NCBI GenBank assembly: GCA_043228905.1
Contig: JBHGNT010000015.1
Span: 5,270,001-5,334,000 of the forward strand
Source: Azolla caroliniana
Taxonomy: Eukaryota; Plantae; Polypodiophyta
Direction of reading: 5' to 3'
Length of the DNA: 64,000 bases
Position 1 is the first letter of the stretch. Each line of letters opens with the position of its first letter. Below are positions 39,091 to 50,956 of this stretch, piece after piece. A program made the position numbers and the translations under genes. Under the pieces are notes generated by a model. That model did not search any database and had not been told where the DNA came from. It saw nothing but the letters and a program-made list of their open reading frames with translations.

Positions 39091-41112
39091 TCACCCCCTC
39101 CAAACCCGCACATCCTCCGGTATGTGCCGAAGTTGTTGGTGTTTGTTAGTCTCCTCCGTCCGGTCTCTACCCGATTGGTTTCGTTGCCGGCTCGTAGTAC
39201 CCTCGACTTCTCTTGTTATGTTGACTTTGTCTCTCCATTTGGAGCACATCCATTCTTTCCACCCGAACCATTGTCGACATCCGATCCACCATAGTCTTCG
39301 TTCGCTTTTTGCATGGCCCGCTTGGTCCTTGTCATCCGCGGTAGTATCTTTTCTTGCCCTCTTTCTTTTCTTCATCAATCTCGACTTCTTTTCGGATTTT
39401 CGGCTTAGTCGGATTAGCTTACTTCCGATTCGGTCTCGTCGGATCGTCTTTCGTTTAGTTCGGCTTCCTTTCCGATTTGTATTCGGTCGATCCGGACTCG
39501 GTCGATCGGTTTTTACCGATTCAGTGCTCTTTCGGGTCGGTTTCTTTTCTTTTCTTTTCGTCCGGATTTGCTTTCTTTTCTTCGTTTTCACCTGCCTTGT
39601 CCGGTTCGACTTTCGGCACTTCTTTCCGTTGTTCGCCACGTAGGTCCTCCGATATGTGCTCGTTGTTCGGTCCTCGTGTGGTTGTAATGCATGCTTCTTT
39701 TCTCGCCGTAGCGCGTGCTTCTTTATTCGCCATAACACGCGTTTCTTTATTCGCCGTAGAGCGTGCTCTGTATTACGCGCTTCTCCCGTCGTAGACCCGA
39801 CCTCCGCATTGTCGCACTTTCTTTTAGATTGGAATTTCGGATGGATCATTTTCCATCCGAACCGACTTCCGACTTTACCTTCCTCGCCGCCATCTCCCGT
39901 CTCTCCAGTCTCACGTTGGTTCTCGGACACAACCGCCGAAGTCTCTAGATATTGTTGGCATGAATCCTCGGTATTACCTTCTTTCGTAGTTTCACCCTTA
40001 GCATTCTTCTCGGCTATCTCTTCATCGTATTCGTCGGCTTCGACATTCGTTTTCTCTCCGCCACCTTCCGTCTCTTCGGTCTCACGTTGCCTTTCGATCG
40101 CAACCGCCGGAGTCTCTGGAATCAGTGGTGGGGAAGTCTCGATATGGCAATCCGCCATTGATTCGTCCATAGCCACCTCCGATTCGATTTCGTCTTTTAT
40201 GGCTACCTCCTTAATCACATCCGCTTCACACTCTTTATCTGCATCAATTATGCAAACATCTATTATGCTTACCCCTTTTTGACCCGATGTCTCGGGCACT
40301 TGTATCCCGAAATTTCCTTCTACACTTGAATTATCGGCCTTATCCTTCGCCATCGTTCTTTCACAAGACGAGTGGGTGTCTTGTTCCACTCTTTCTCCCG
40401 TGGTACCATCATGTTGTATTTCGGCCTTCATATTGGCTTCATCGTTTTTCCTCAATCGACCATCCTTCATGGGCCATGTCGTTGTTGACGAGATTCTCAG
40501 CTTCCTTTCATCATGTCTTCGGCATACCCTTTCGACTTTAGCCCAATCCTCGGTAAGACCATTCGCACCGTCATCGTCTTCGAGTTCAATCCCGATGTCC
40601 TTCCTTTCTTTCCGATCAATCGATCTTACGAACATTAGGACTTTATCCTCTCCCACCAATCGTTGTTCCCGCTCCGAGAGTCGAGCAAAACGATGCTCGA
40701 ACTCTAGGAATGCTTGTGTTGCACTTCGGTGGGTCTTCTCCGATGCCACCCATTCATCGAACTCTCGCCGATCTCGTCCCTTCGGTCTATCGTAATCATA
40801 TGCCTCTCGTAAAGCTTCTTCGAATGACCCCCATGTCGAGTTTTGTTGCCGTATCTTGTGGATTCTCTCTTGTAGCTCATCCGTGGCCACCCGATTGAAG
40901 GATGTCACTTGCAATCCTTCCGGTATCCCACATCGTATCATCTCCGCCTTGTAGTCACGTAGATAGCATGACACATCATTTCCGTTGAATTGTCCGTTTC
41001 GTTGTACGAGCCGCTTTACTACCGCCGTGATCTCCGACATCGCTTGTTGTTCTTGTAGCATCCGTTCGAACATCATCATCATCATGTTCATCGCCTCTTG
41101 TTGATTCTCCAT
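39091..41112 (-). CDS. Gag-like protein with long acidic then basic C-terminal extension (~673 aa from first ATG)
   Basis: Uninterrupted ORF; N-terminus aligns by eye with Gypsy C gag (F.G.D...YL..Y.AEM...IPE; VL.FV..D; DGLT.DWA.V.RVC). Confidence 0.85.
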   Translation of the reverse strand: MENQQEAMNMMMMMFERMLQEQQAMSEITAVVKRLVQRNGQFNGNDVSCYLRDYKAEMIRCGIPEGLQVTSFNRVATDELQERIHKIRQQNSTWGSFEEALREAYDYDRPKGRDRREFDEWVASEKTHRSATQAFLEFEHRFARLSEREQRLVGEDKVLMFVRSIDRKERKDIGIELEDDDGANGLTEDWAKVERVCRRHDERKLRISSTTTWPMKDGRLRKNDEANMKAEIQHDGTTGERVEQDTHSSCERTMAKDKADNSSVEGNFGIQVPETSGQKGVSIIDVCIIDADKECEADVIKEVAIKDEIESEVAMDESMADCHIETSPPLIPETPAVAIERQRETEETEGGGEKTNVEADEYDEEIAEKNAKGETTKEGNTEDSCQQYLETSAVVSENQRETGETGDGGEEGKVGSRFGWKMIHPKFQSKRKCDNAEVGSTTGEARNTEHALRRIKKRVLWRIKKHALRREKKHALQPHEDRTTSTYRRTYVANNGKKCRKSNRTRQVKTKKRKQIRTKRKEKKPTRKSTESVKTDRPSPDRPNTNRKGSRTKRKTIRRDRIGSKLIRLSRKSEKKSRLMKKRKRARKDTTADDKDQAGHAKSERRLWWIGCRQWFGWKEWMCSKWRDKVNITREVEGTTSRQRNQSGRDRTEETNKHQQLRHIPEDVRVWRG

Positions 41113-41128
41113 CTCCTTGCCACCCGCC

Positions 41129-41146
41129 TTCACGTCGGGTTCACCA
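41129..41146 (-). promoter_or_regulatory. PBS complementary to tRNA-Trp
   Basis: Plus strand reads TTCACGTCGGGTTCACCA, matching from memory the 3' 18 nt of plant cytosolic tRNA-Trp. Confidence 0.85.
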
Positions 41147-41708
41147 ACTGTGTCGTGCCTTTCGGCTCCGGATCGTTTCGTGAGTCGGGTGGAAACCGCT
41201 GGGGTTTTGGACTAGGAAGAGGAGAGTTTTAAGGCTAATAAGAATATAAATATGTTGTAAGAAAGAGTTATAGCAAACTCGTGAATCCCACGAGTGTATT
41301 GTATTTGATTAATCAATATGAATATAAGAATATAAATTTGGGTTGAAAGAGAATGATATAGAATCCTCGTGAATCCCACGAGTATAGTTTATTAATTGGT
41401 GTTTTTTAGAAACATATCCAGTTTCCAAGTATTTCACACACAATTACATTGTGCTCCCCATCCTTATGTAGTGATGAGGAAGTCTTAGTAATCCATGCTT
41501 TTTCTCTAACTATAGACCCCATGCTTTTCCTATAGATAGACTATATGCTTTATCTAAAGTGATCATGCTTTTTTCTAACTTGTGCGATTTTTATCATGCA
41601 CGCTAGATGTGTATGTGTAGCTTTTTCTTTTGTTATGCGTTTTTCTAATGTTTATCCTAGCGTGAATTTACCTTTCTATGTGGGACATCTATGCTTTAAC
41701 ACTAATGA

Positions 41709-41797
41709 AATGCTAGTGTAATGGTAAGACATTACATTATTAACATGGAGGTGCAAGGTTCGAATCTTGCCCTATGCATGTTCCATTTATTTTGCTA
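41709..41797 (+). ncRNA. Second copy of the tRNA-like Pol III cassette (element D 5' LTR)
   Basis: Same sequence as 38922-39010. Confidence 0.55.
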
Positions 41798-41880
41798 TTT
41801 TCTTCTATTTCTTCATTTTTTATTGAATCTAATACTATATACGTTTTTCACGTAGTGTACAAAATACACTACGACATCGC

Positions 41881-44763
41881 GTTGCCCTGTGTTGGTTGTC
41901 GAGGCTGCTGTCATACACTAGGACCCAGTCGCCTTCCTCGATTTTCTTCGGTCGCAGTCAGTGAGTCCGGTCAAATCTCCCTTTGTTCTTGAACCTTGCC
42001 AACCGAAGCTTCTCCGCGGGTCTTTCCACGTCCTCCGGTCTCCGCTCGAGTTGTCGAATCCGTGCCGCCAGCAGCTCCTCTCGGCTCATCTCATCTCTCC
42101 AGTCCATCGTGGCCCATGAGGAGATCGTTCGCTCCGTCGGCATGATCAGCTTTTGTCTGTACATATGCTCTGCCGGCATGAACCCGGTTAACGAACTGTG
42201 CGTAGTTCGGTCCGCCCATAAGGCATAAGGTAGCAGTCGTGACCAGTTCCCGACTTGGCCCCAGCACGCCCGTACTAGCGCTTTGACTATTGGCCCATGT
42301 CCGCGCTCCACCTTCACATTAGCCTCCGGATTGTACGCTGTGGTGAGCGAGAGTTTGACCCCTAGCCGGTCAAACAACTCTTCGGCCTCTTGCGCGTCCA
42401 ACTCTCCGCGGTCAGCCACGATCTTCCCTACGCTCCCGTACCGACATATCACGTCCTCGAATAGGAACCAGCACACATCCGCGGTCGTTTTGTTCTGCAG
42501 TGCTCGGCCTTAAACCTGGTTCGTCAGATCCTCCCGAGCCAGCACCAGATACCGCATCTGTCCTACCCCCATCGGCATTGTCACCAAATCCACCATCCAT
42601 TTGAAGTGGGTGGTCGGCGGGTAAGTTGGGTGGAGCTCGTCCCAGTGTCGGACTATGGAGTGCATTTGACAGCTTTCGCAAGTTTTCATGAACCGATGCA
42701 CGTCCCGGTACAGTCCCGGCCACCAATACTTTCCCTTTAGCTTCTCAAACGTGGCCCATGTCCCACGGTGTTTGGCCCAGGGACTCTCGTGGTATGCCGA
42801 CAATAACTCTTCTTGCTCCTCTTTCTTTGCCACCACTCGAAGCGGGACGCCGTCCCTTTTCTTCGGGTGCTTCCATATGTACCCGTCTCGTAGGAAGAAT
42901 CGATACGCTTTCTTCCGGATCCTGTTGGTCTCTTCCTTCGTCCACACCGCGTCCGGTATCATTGTTCTTAGGAACTCGCCGATCTGGAGCCACTCCCCGT
43001 CATAATTGCTCTCGTCGAAGTCGTTAAGCGCCGGAGTGCTTCCCTTTCCGGTTGTTACATAAGCCGCCTCGAAGAAGTCTACGTCGACTTCCTCGTCCTC
43101 TTAAACCATGTCGTCCTTGTTTTCAAACCTTGCTCTTGAGAGCATGTCGGCCATGGCGTTGTCTTTTCCAGAAATGTGTCGTATCTCCGGATTCAGGGAC
43201 TTGATGTATGCTATCCACCTGAGCATCGCCAGGTCCGGTGTCGCGCATCCGGAAACCATGCCGTCTCGATTATTACCTTTGTCCTGATCAGGTAGTCTTT
43301 ATCGGCCTTCACCGCCGAAACGATACCCCAGAGTTCGCGTTTAACCTGGGCGTATCCTTGTTGTCGCTCACTGAGGACCTTCGCGCCGAACTGGATGGGG
43401 AACCTCGTGCCAACGTCATCCTCTTGGTTAATCACCCATCCGATCCTGGTCAGGCTCGTATCTACGGTTACGTAAATCGGAGTGTCTCTACCGTAGACAA
43501 CCTTTCAGAGCGTCGGTGCCGTGGAAAGTGCTTCCTTCATCTTTCGGACTAATTCCATATGCTCGTCTCCCCATTCGAATTTACGCCCTTTCTTCAGCAA
43601 CCCATACAGTGGTTGCGCGATGTGGGCGTAATGCAGGATCTAGATATGCTAGAACGCGCATGCTCCCAAGAACCTCCGAACCTCCGTAACCGAATTGCAA
43701 TCATGCTTCATCGCGGAGATGGCTTCCACCTTGGCCGGAGACGGTTTCCTACTGTACGGCCCGCATAGGTGTCCGACAACCATGATCTTTGATTGCCTGA
43801 AGGCCGATTTTTCCCCGGAGAAGGTGAGCCTCGCGCCTTCTAGTCTCTGCAACACCTTCTCGCAATCATCGATGTGAGTCGCCACGAAATTCCGGCATCC
43901 ATCCGGTCCGATTGTCTTGTCCCTTTCCTCCAACAGGCATCCCCTGATCGAGATGTCGTCTAAGAATGGCATGGTGATGTTCACCATGTGAGCCACCGAG
44001 TTCGTCCCTCCTTGCGGTAGGGTACACATCCGCACTAGGCCGAGAGGAGTCCGCATCGTCGTAATGTCCCTGCTCTCCATGGCTAGTTGAAACTGATCGT
44101 ACCCTGAGTACAGATCACCGATAGAGTAAATCGACCTTCCGACGAAGGCCTCCGCGAACTCGTCTATGGTCGGTCCGATTCCTGTATTCCGAATGGTCAC
44201 CTTGTTGATCGGCTGCAGGTCTTGAATAAAGCGCAGCATGCCGTTCTTCTTTGGCACCGTAAACCACCGATTCGAATACGGGGCACTCGACGGTTCGAGG
44301 ATGCCCATCTCCACCTTTTGCTGCAGGAGCTCCATCAACTTTGGGATGTGAGCTCTCGGCACCGGTTTCGGCTTGAGATTCCACGGTACATGCGGTACCG
44401 TGAAGATCACCATCGGTTCGACAATTGTCGGGTCTACGCACCCGATCTCCTCTAGTGAGAATGTGAAAGCCTTCCTGTGCCTCCCGAGCATTCTCCGAAA
44501 CCGGTCCTCCTCCGGCAGTAGAAATCCGCCCCCACCGACCTTGAGCTCCCGTAGCGTTATGTCGGTGAATCGGTGCCCTATGCCAGCCGGGTTCCGTAAA
44601 CTTGGGTCCGACGCGACCCCTTTTATCCGCTCTTTGCTGCCCTCCGGCAAGGGTGCCGCGACTGACCTCACCTTCCGGTCCACAGTCTTGTACTTTGTAT
44701 CCACGCGGGCCATTCGACCCGATCCAATCCTTTCCCCGAAGTCCGCGATGACTTCGTATATTC
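41881..44763 (-). pseudogene. Gypsy C pol (RT-RH-IN), degenerate
   Basis: LRFIQDLQPIN, DLYSGYDQF, LPQGGTNS, FLDD; integrase ADRGE, YNPEAN.KVERGH; tail at 38138-38363. Confidence 0.88.
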
Positions 44764-44817
44764 TGTTGGGAGATAGGTCCCTCCGGATGGGAAGGGAGAT
44801 AGGCCGAGGCCGAAACC

Positions 44818-45028
44818 GTATGAGGAGTACCCGGCTATGGAGAGCCGGATGATGCAGACCCGGTGAGAACCGGATGAGTACCCGGCTACAGAGAGCCGGA
44901 TGGTGCAGACCCGGTGAGAACCGGATGAGGAGTACCCGGCTTCGGAGAGCCGGATGGTGCAGACCCGGCGAGGACCGGATGAGGAGTACCCGGCTACGGA
45001 GAGCCGGATGGTGCAGACCCGGTGAGGA
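44818..45028 (+). repeat. 54-bp tandem repeat in Copia E U3 (4 units here, 5 in LTR2, 3 in LTR3)
   Basis: Unit CGGATGAGGAGTACCCGGCTACGGAGAGCCGGATGGTGCAGACCCGGYGAGRAC. Confidence 0.9.
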
Positions 45029-45527
45029 ATGCTCACCGGATGAAGAGACATATTCGTAAATATGTTTCTGAGAGTCCATCGAGGCTATATTTGTAAATAG
45101 CCGAAAAGTCATATTAGTATAAATATGACTTAGGGCAAACTTTTAATTACTGTTGTTGTTGTTATTCTTGTTGGTGCAAGAATAGAGTGAGCGCGTAACA
45201 GTGTACACAGAGAGAGAGAGAGAGCAAGAGGTCGTTGCCTCTGTTGTAACCGCCGCCTGTGGCGAGGATCGTGAGCACGAGGTCGTTGCCTCCGTGAACT
45301 CACTGTTGTACATACTCACATAGTGATAGTTTGCAGCCTGTGGGTTGCCGTGGTTTTTCCCTCTTTGGGTTTTCCACGTAAACATCCCGTGTACTGTTCT
45401 CCTCTTTGTGTCGTGCTTTCATTTCCGGTTTTCTGTGCATGAATCTAAGCTTGGTTGCGGCCGAGCATTGCGTACAGGGGAGCGTACTGTTCTTGACAAG
45501 TGGTATCAGAGAGAAACGACACAGAAA

Positions 45528-48500
45528 ATGGACGAATCGTTTGGCGGCATGTTCAAACTCACCGGCTCCAACTATTCAGTGTGGAAGTCGAAGATGAGGG
45601 ACATGCTCATGGTTAAAGACCTCTGGTTGCCGGTTCAAATCGGGGACAAGAGACCGGACAAAATCAACGTCGCGATATGGGAGGTGATGCACATGAAGAC
45701 AACGACGTACATACGTTGCTTCATCGACATGAGCCTGTACAACAACTTCAATGAAGAGAGCAAGGCTCATGAGCTCTGGGAGAAGATCGGCATAATGTTT
45801 CAGAACAAAAATGTTGTTAATCAGGTTTCGGTATTCCGGAAGTTAGTAAGACTCCGGTACCAAGATGGCTCCAGCATGGCGAAGCACATGAATGCCTTCC
45901 AGGGGCTGATCCACCAGGCAACTTCATTGGAAGTACCTCTCGCCGATGAGGTACTAGCGCTACTCCTGCTCGGTTCCCTCCCGGATAGCTGGGAGACGTT
46001 GGTTGTCACTTTGGGCAACGCCGGGCCGGAAGGAAAACGGTTATCCCTAGCAAGAGTGAAGTCGAGCTTGCTAGATGAGAAGGCGCGTCGGAAAGATAAG
46101 GATACGAACTCTGACTCCAAAGCGCTCCTTACCGAATCGGAACGCGGAAGACATAGAAACCGTAGTCCCCAGAACCGGGAGAAGTCGGGGACACGGTCAA
46201 AGTCAAGGGGGAGGCCTACTTGCTTCTATTGCGGCAAGCCGGGACACTTCCAGAAGAACTGTCGGCACTTCCGTAAAGACAAGGAAACCGACGGCACCGA
46301 TTCAAAGCGGACACCGGACCGGAACGGTAAAGACCGCAGCGGACCGGACCGGAAGGGAATGACAGCAATCGCGGCAAGTGAAGAGGAGTTGATGCTCATC
46401 ATCGAGGAGAGTGAGATAAACCTTGCCGGCAACGAGATGACCTGGGTGGTAGACTCCGGAGCGTCATTCCACCTTACCCCGGACCGGAAATGCTTCTCAT
46501 CCTACTCAGCCGGTGATCACGGCTGTGTCCGGATGGGGAATGAAGGTACATGCCGAATTGTCGGCATAGGAGATGTGTGGTTGTCGACACCAACCGGATG
46601 CAAGTTGCTGCTGCGGGATGTCCGACACGTTCCGGAGGTTCGACTCAACCTGATATCAGCCGGTCGGCTAGATGATGAGGGCTACACGGGTAGCATCCGG
46701 AACGGTGTCATGAAGTTCAGCAAAGGGAGCCTGATTGTGGCTCGGGCCCGGAAGGTAAACACATTGTACCTGATGAATGCCCGGTTATGCCCGGAAGAAG
46801 TGAACGTGGCATCCAACACTACCGGTGAGCTATGGCACAAGAGGCTGTGTCATATGAGCGAGAAGGGGATGAAGAGGCTTGCAGACGACAACCTCATTCC
46901 AGTGAAGAACGTGCACTTAGAGAAGTGCACTGATTGTCTGGCCGGTAAGCAGAACCGGACCTCCTTCCGACCAAGGTCACCGATGACACGTAATGCACCA
47001 CTGGAGTTGGTGCATACGGATGTGTGTCAAGTAGACACGAAGTGACATGCCGGAGCGCAGTACTTCGTGACGTTCATAGATGACCACAGCCGGAATCTGT
47101 GGGCCACACCGTTGAAGACGAAGGATCAGGTGTTATCTGTCTTCAAAGAGCTCCACGCGAGAGTGGAAAGAGAAACCGGCCGGAAGTTGAAGGTGGTTCG
47201 AGCAGATAACGGAGGAGAATACCGGGGGTAGTTCGGGGAATACTGCCGCTCGAAGGGAATCCGGCTCGAATTTACCGTGCCGAAGACGCCGGAACTAAAC
47301 GGACTGGCCGAGAGGATGAACTGGACGATAATGGAGAGGGTCCGGAGTATGCTAGCGCATGCAAAACTACCCAAGAAGTTTTGGGTTGAGGCACTGTCAA
47401 CGGCCACATATGTGATAAATAGATCACCCTCAGTACCCTTGGACGGAGACACGCCACAGAGAGTGTGGACCGGTAAGGAAGTATCCTACCGGCATCTGAA
47501 GGTGTTCGGGTGTCTCGCGTACGTGCATGTAGCTAAGGACCGGAGAGGAAAGTTAGATCCAAAGACCCGGCCATGCATATTCCTCGGTTACAGTGACGAC
47601 GAGTTGGTCGACAAGAAGGTATTCCGGAGTCGAGATATTATCTTCATGGAGAACAAGACGCTCGCCGACTCAGAGTCGGAGAAGAAGATAATGAACTCCG
47701 AGTCGACCGGTAAGGATCGACTCTACGATGAGCAGACCCAACCGCCAAGAGACCGGTTAGCACTCGAGGGACCAGACGGTTACGGTGAGGATACCGAACG
47801 GGCTGAAGAAGAAGTAGAGGAAGCTAAAACCGGAACCGGCCAAGACCCCGAATCGGATTCGGATGAAGAGCAGATGGATGAGCCGGTCACCGAAGCCCAG
47901 AGACGGAGATATCCTCTCAGAGAGAGAAGGGCCCCCCGGAGATTTCCGGATGCAGAGCATGTTCTGCTGACTGATGAGGGGGAGCCGGAAAGCTTCGAAG
48001 AGGCGAAGGAAGACACCCACAGCCGAAAATGGTTAAGTGCCATGCAGGATGAGATGGATTCCCTGCATGAGAACCATACGTATGAATTGGTGGAGTTGCC
48101 GAAACGAAAGCGGGCACTCCGAAACAAGTGGGTGTACAAGTTGAAACCGGGAGCTGTCGGCAACCCCCCGAGAAACAAAGCCAGGATCGTGGTGAAGGGG
48201 TTCCAGCAGAAGAAGGGCGTGGACTTCGACGAGATATTTTCCCCGGTAGTAAAGATGACCTCCATCCGGACAGTGCTGAGTATAGCGGCAAGCATGGACC
48301 TCGAGGTAGAGCAGCTAGACGTGAAAACGGCATTCCTTCACGGTGATCTCGTAGAAGAGATCTACATGCAGCAAACGGAAGGATTCGTGGAGAAAGGGAA
48401 GGAGCACCTGGTTTGCCGGTTGAAGAAGAGGCTCTACGGGTTAAAGCAGGCCCCCCGGCAATGGTACCGGAAGTTCGACTCCTTCATGACCGATCAAGGG

Positions 48501-49553
48501 TACCACAAGACGCAAGCCGATCACTGCGTGTTTGTGAAGAAGTTTGAAGGAGGTGACTTCCTGATACTCCTTCTGTACGTGGACGACATGTTGATCGTCG
48601 GACGGGACCAAGTCAAAATACGGATGCTGAAGAAGGCTCTCAACCGGACCTTCTCAATGAAAGACTTGGGTCCGGCAAGACAGATGATGGGGATGCACAT
48701 CATTCGGGACCGGTCAGCGAAGCAATTATGGCTATCACAGGAGAAGTACGTGACAAAGGTGCTTCACCGGTTCAACATGTCAGATGCGAAACCGGTCGGA
48801 TCGACACTTCCGGCAAACTGCAAGCTATCCGGTAAGCAAAGCCAGAAGACGAAAGCAGAGAAGGCGGATATGATGAAGATTCCATATGCCTCTGCCGTCG
48901 GGAGCTTGATGTACGCAATGGTTTGTACCCGACCGGACATAGGATACGCAGTCGGAGTGGTGAGCCTGTTTATGAGCAATCCCGGCAAGGAGCACTGGAA
49001 CACAGTCAAATGGATACTCCGGTATTTGAAGGGCACTTCAAATATGTGTCTCCGATTCGGCTCCGAAAAACCTCAACTTGACGGTTTCACCGATTCGGAC
49101 ATGTCGGCTGATGTGGATACCAGCCGGTCTACATCCGGGTATGTAATGACATATGTAGGGGGAGCTGTTTCGTGGCAGTCGAGGCTGCAGAAGACGGTTG
49201 GATTGTCAACCACAGAGGCGGAGTACATGGCAGCTGTGGAAGCCGGCAAGGAAATATTATGGATGAAGGACTTCATCAGAGAGCTCAGTATCCGGCAAGA
49301 TGAATATCGACTTTATTGTGACAGTCAAAGTGCAATCCATCTTGCTAAGAATGCGGCCTACCATTCCTGGACGAAGCATATCCAGCGAAGATATCACTGG
49401 ATCCGGGAAAGAGTAGATGACCAGGAGTTCGCACTGACGAAGATCCACACGGCCGAGAACGGGTCAGATATGCTGACCAAAGTGCTAATACCCGACAAGC
49501 TAGATGCATGCCGAAAGAGGATCGGACTAGTAAGACACCCCATGCCGGAGTGA
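45528..49553 (+). pseudogene. Copia E gag-pol, one frame with two premature stops (~47043, ~47229)
   Basis: CFYCGKPGHFQKNC, WVVDSGASFH, LWHKRLCH, QLDVKTAFLHG, YVDDML, TKHIQRRYHWIR. Confidence 0.93.
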
Positions 49554-49973
49554 AGGGGGAGTTTGTTGGGAGACAGGTCCCTTCGGATGGGAAGGGACAT
49601 AGGCTGAGGCCAAAACCGTATGAGGAGTACCCGGCTACGAAGAGCCGGATGATGCAGACCCAGTGAGAACCGGATGAGGAGTACCCGGCTACAGAGAGCC
49701 GGATGATGCAGACCCGGTGAGAACCAGATGAGGATTACCCGGCTTCGGAGAGCCGGATGGTGCAAACCTGGCGAGGACCGGATGAGGAGTACCCGGCTAC
49801 GGAGAGCCGGATGGTGGAGACCCGGCGAGGACCGGATGAGGAGTACCCGGCTACAGAGAGCCGGATGGTGCAGACCCGGTGAGGAATGCTCACCGGATGA
49901 AGAGACATATTCGTAAATATGTTTCTGAGAGTCCATCGAGACTATATTTGTAAATAGCCGAAAAGTCATATTA

Positions 49974-50266
49974 CCTGTGCCTCCCGAGCATTCTCCGAAA
50001 CCGGTCCTCCTCCTCCGGCAGTAGAAATCCGCCCCCACCGACCTTGAGCTCCCGTAGCGTTATGTCGGTGAACCGGTGCCCTATGCCAGCCGGGTTCCGT
50101 AAACTTGGGTCCGACGCGACCCCTTTTATCTGCTCCTTGCTGCCCTCCGGCAAGGGTGTCGCGACTGACCTCACCTTCCGGTCCACAGTCTTGTACTTTG
50201 TATCCATGCGGGCCGTCCGACCCGACCCAATCCTTTCCCCGAAGTCCGCGATGAGTTCGTATATTC
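49974..50266 (-). repeat. Diverged duplicate of the Gypsy C segment 44474-44763
   Basis: Aligns by eye with several substitutions and a 3-bp indel. Confidence 0.9.
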
Positions 50267-50956
50267 TGTTGGGAGATAGGTCCCTCTGGATGGGAAGGGA
50301 GATAGGCCGAGGCCGAAACCGTATGAGGAGTACCCGGCTACGGAGAGCCGGATGATGCAGACCCGGTGAGAACCGGATGAGGAGTACCCGGCTTCGGAGA
50401 GCCGGATGGTGCAGACCCGGCGAGGACCGGATGAGGAGTACCCGGCTACGGAAGAGCCGGATGGTGCAGACCCGGTGAGGAATGCTCACCGGATGAAGAG
50501 ACATATTCGTAAATATGTTTTTGAGAGTCCATCGAGGCTATATTTGTAAATAGCCGAAAAGTCATATTAGTATAAATATGACTTAGGGCAAACTTTTAAT
50601 TACTGTTGTTGTTGTTATTCTTGTTGGTGCAAGAATAGAGTGAGCGCTTAACAGTGTACACAGAGAGAGAGAGAGAGCAAGAGGTCGTTGCCTCTGTTGT
50701 AACCGCCGCCTGTGGTGAGGATCGTGAGCACGAGGTCATTGCCTCCGTGAACTCACTGTTGTACATACTAACATAGTGATAGTTTGCAACCTGTGGGCTT
50801 CCGTGGTTTTTCCCTCTTTGGGTTTTCCACGTAAACATCCCGTGTACTCTTCTCCTCTTTGTGTCGTGCTTTCATTTCCGGTTTTCTATGCATGAATCTA
50901 AGCTTGGTTGCGGCCAAGCATTGCGTATAGGGGAGCGTACAGTTCTCGACATATTC

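Larger units (their letters stand above)
38364..41876 (-). mobile_element. Non-autonomous gag-only LTR element (element D, TR-GAG-like)
   Basis: 726-bp LTRs 38364-39089 and 41151-41876 with no mismatch seen; 4-bp TSD TCGC; PBS 41129-41146; PPT 39090-39101; one ORF, no pol. Confidence 0.95.
44764..50951 (+). mobile_element. Ty1/Copia (Copia E, Tnt1/Tork-like) with three LTR copies
   Basis: LTR1 44764-45498, PBS-Met at 45501, PPT 49552-49561, partial LTR2 49564-49973, LTR3 50267-50951; TSD TATTC (44759-63, 50262-66, 50952-56). Confidence 0.93.

Noticed and set aside
38987-40795. Plus-strand ORFs opposite the element D gag
   Set aside because: Expected shadow ORFs of a purine-rich low-complexity coding strand
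44818-45028. 54-bp repeats as CRISPR or as an 18-aa repeat protein (SPGLHHPALRSRVLLIR)
   Set aside because: Contiguous tandem repeats without spacers; the ORF is an antisense read-through of the LTR
43649-45112. 487-aa ORF as a novel repeat-RT fusion
   Set aside because: Chance in-frame join of the antisense Copia E LTR with interrupted Gypsy C pol
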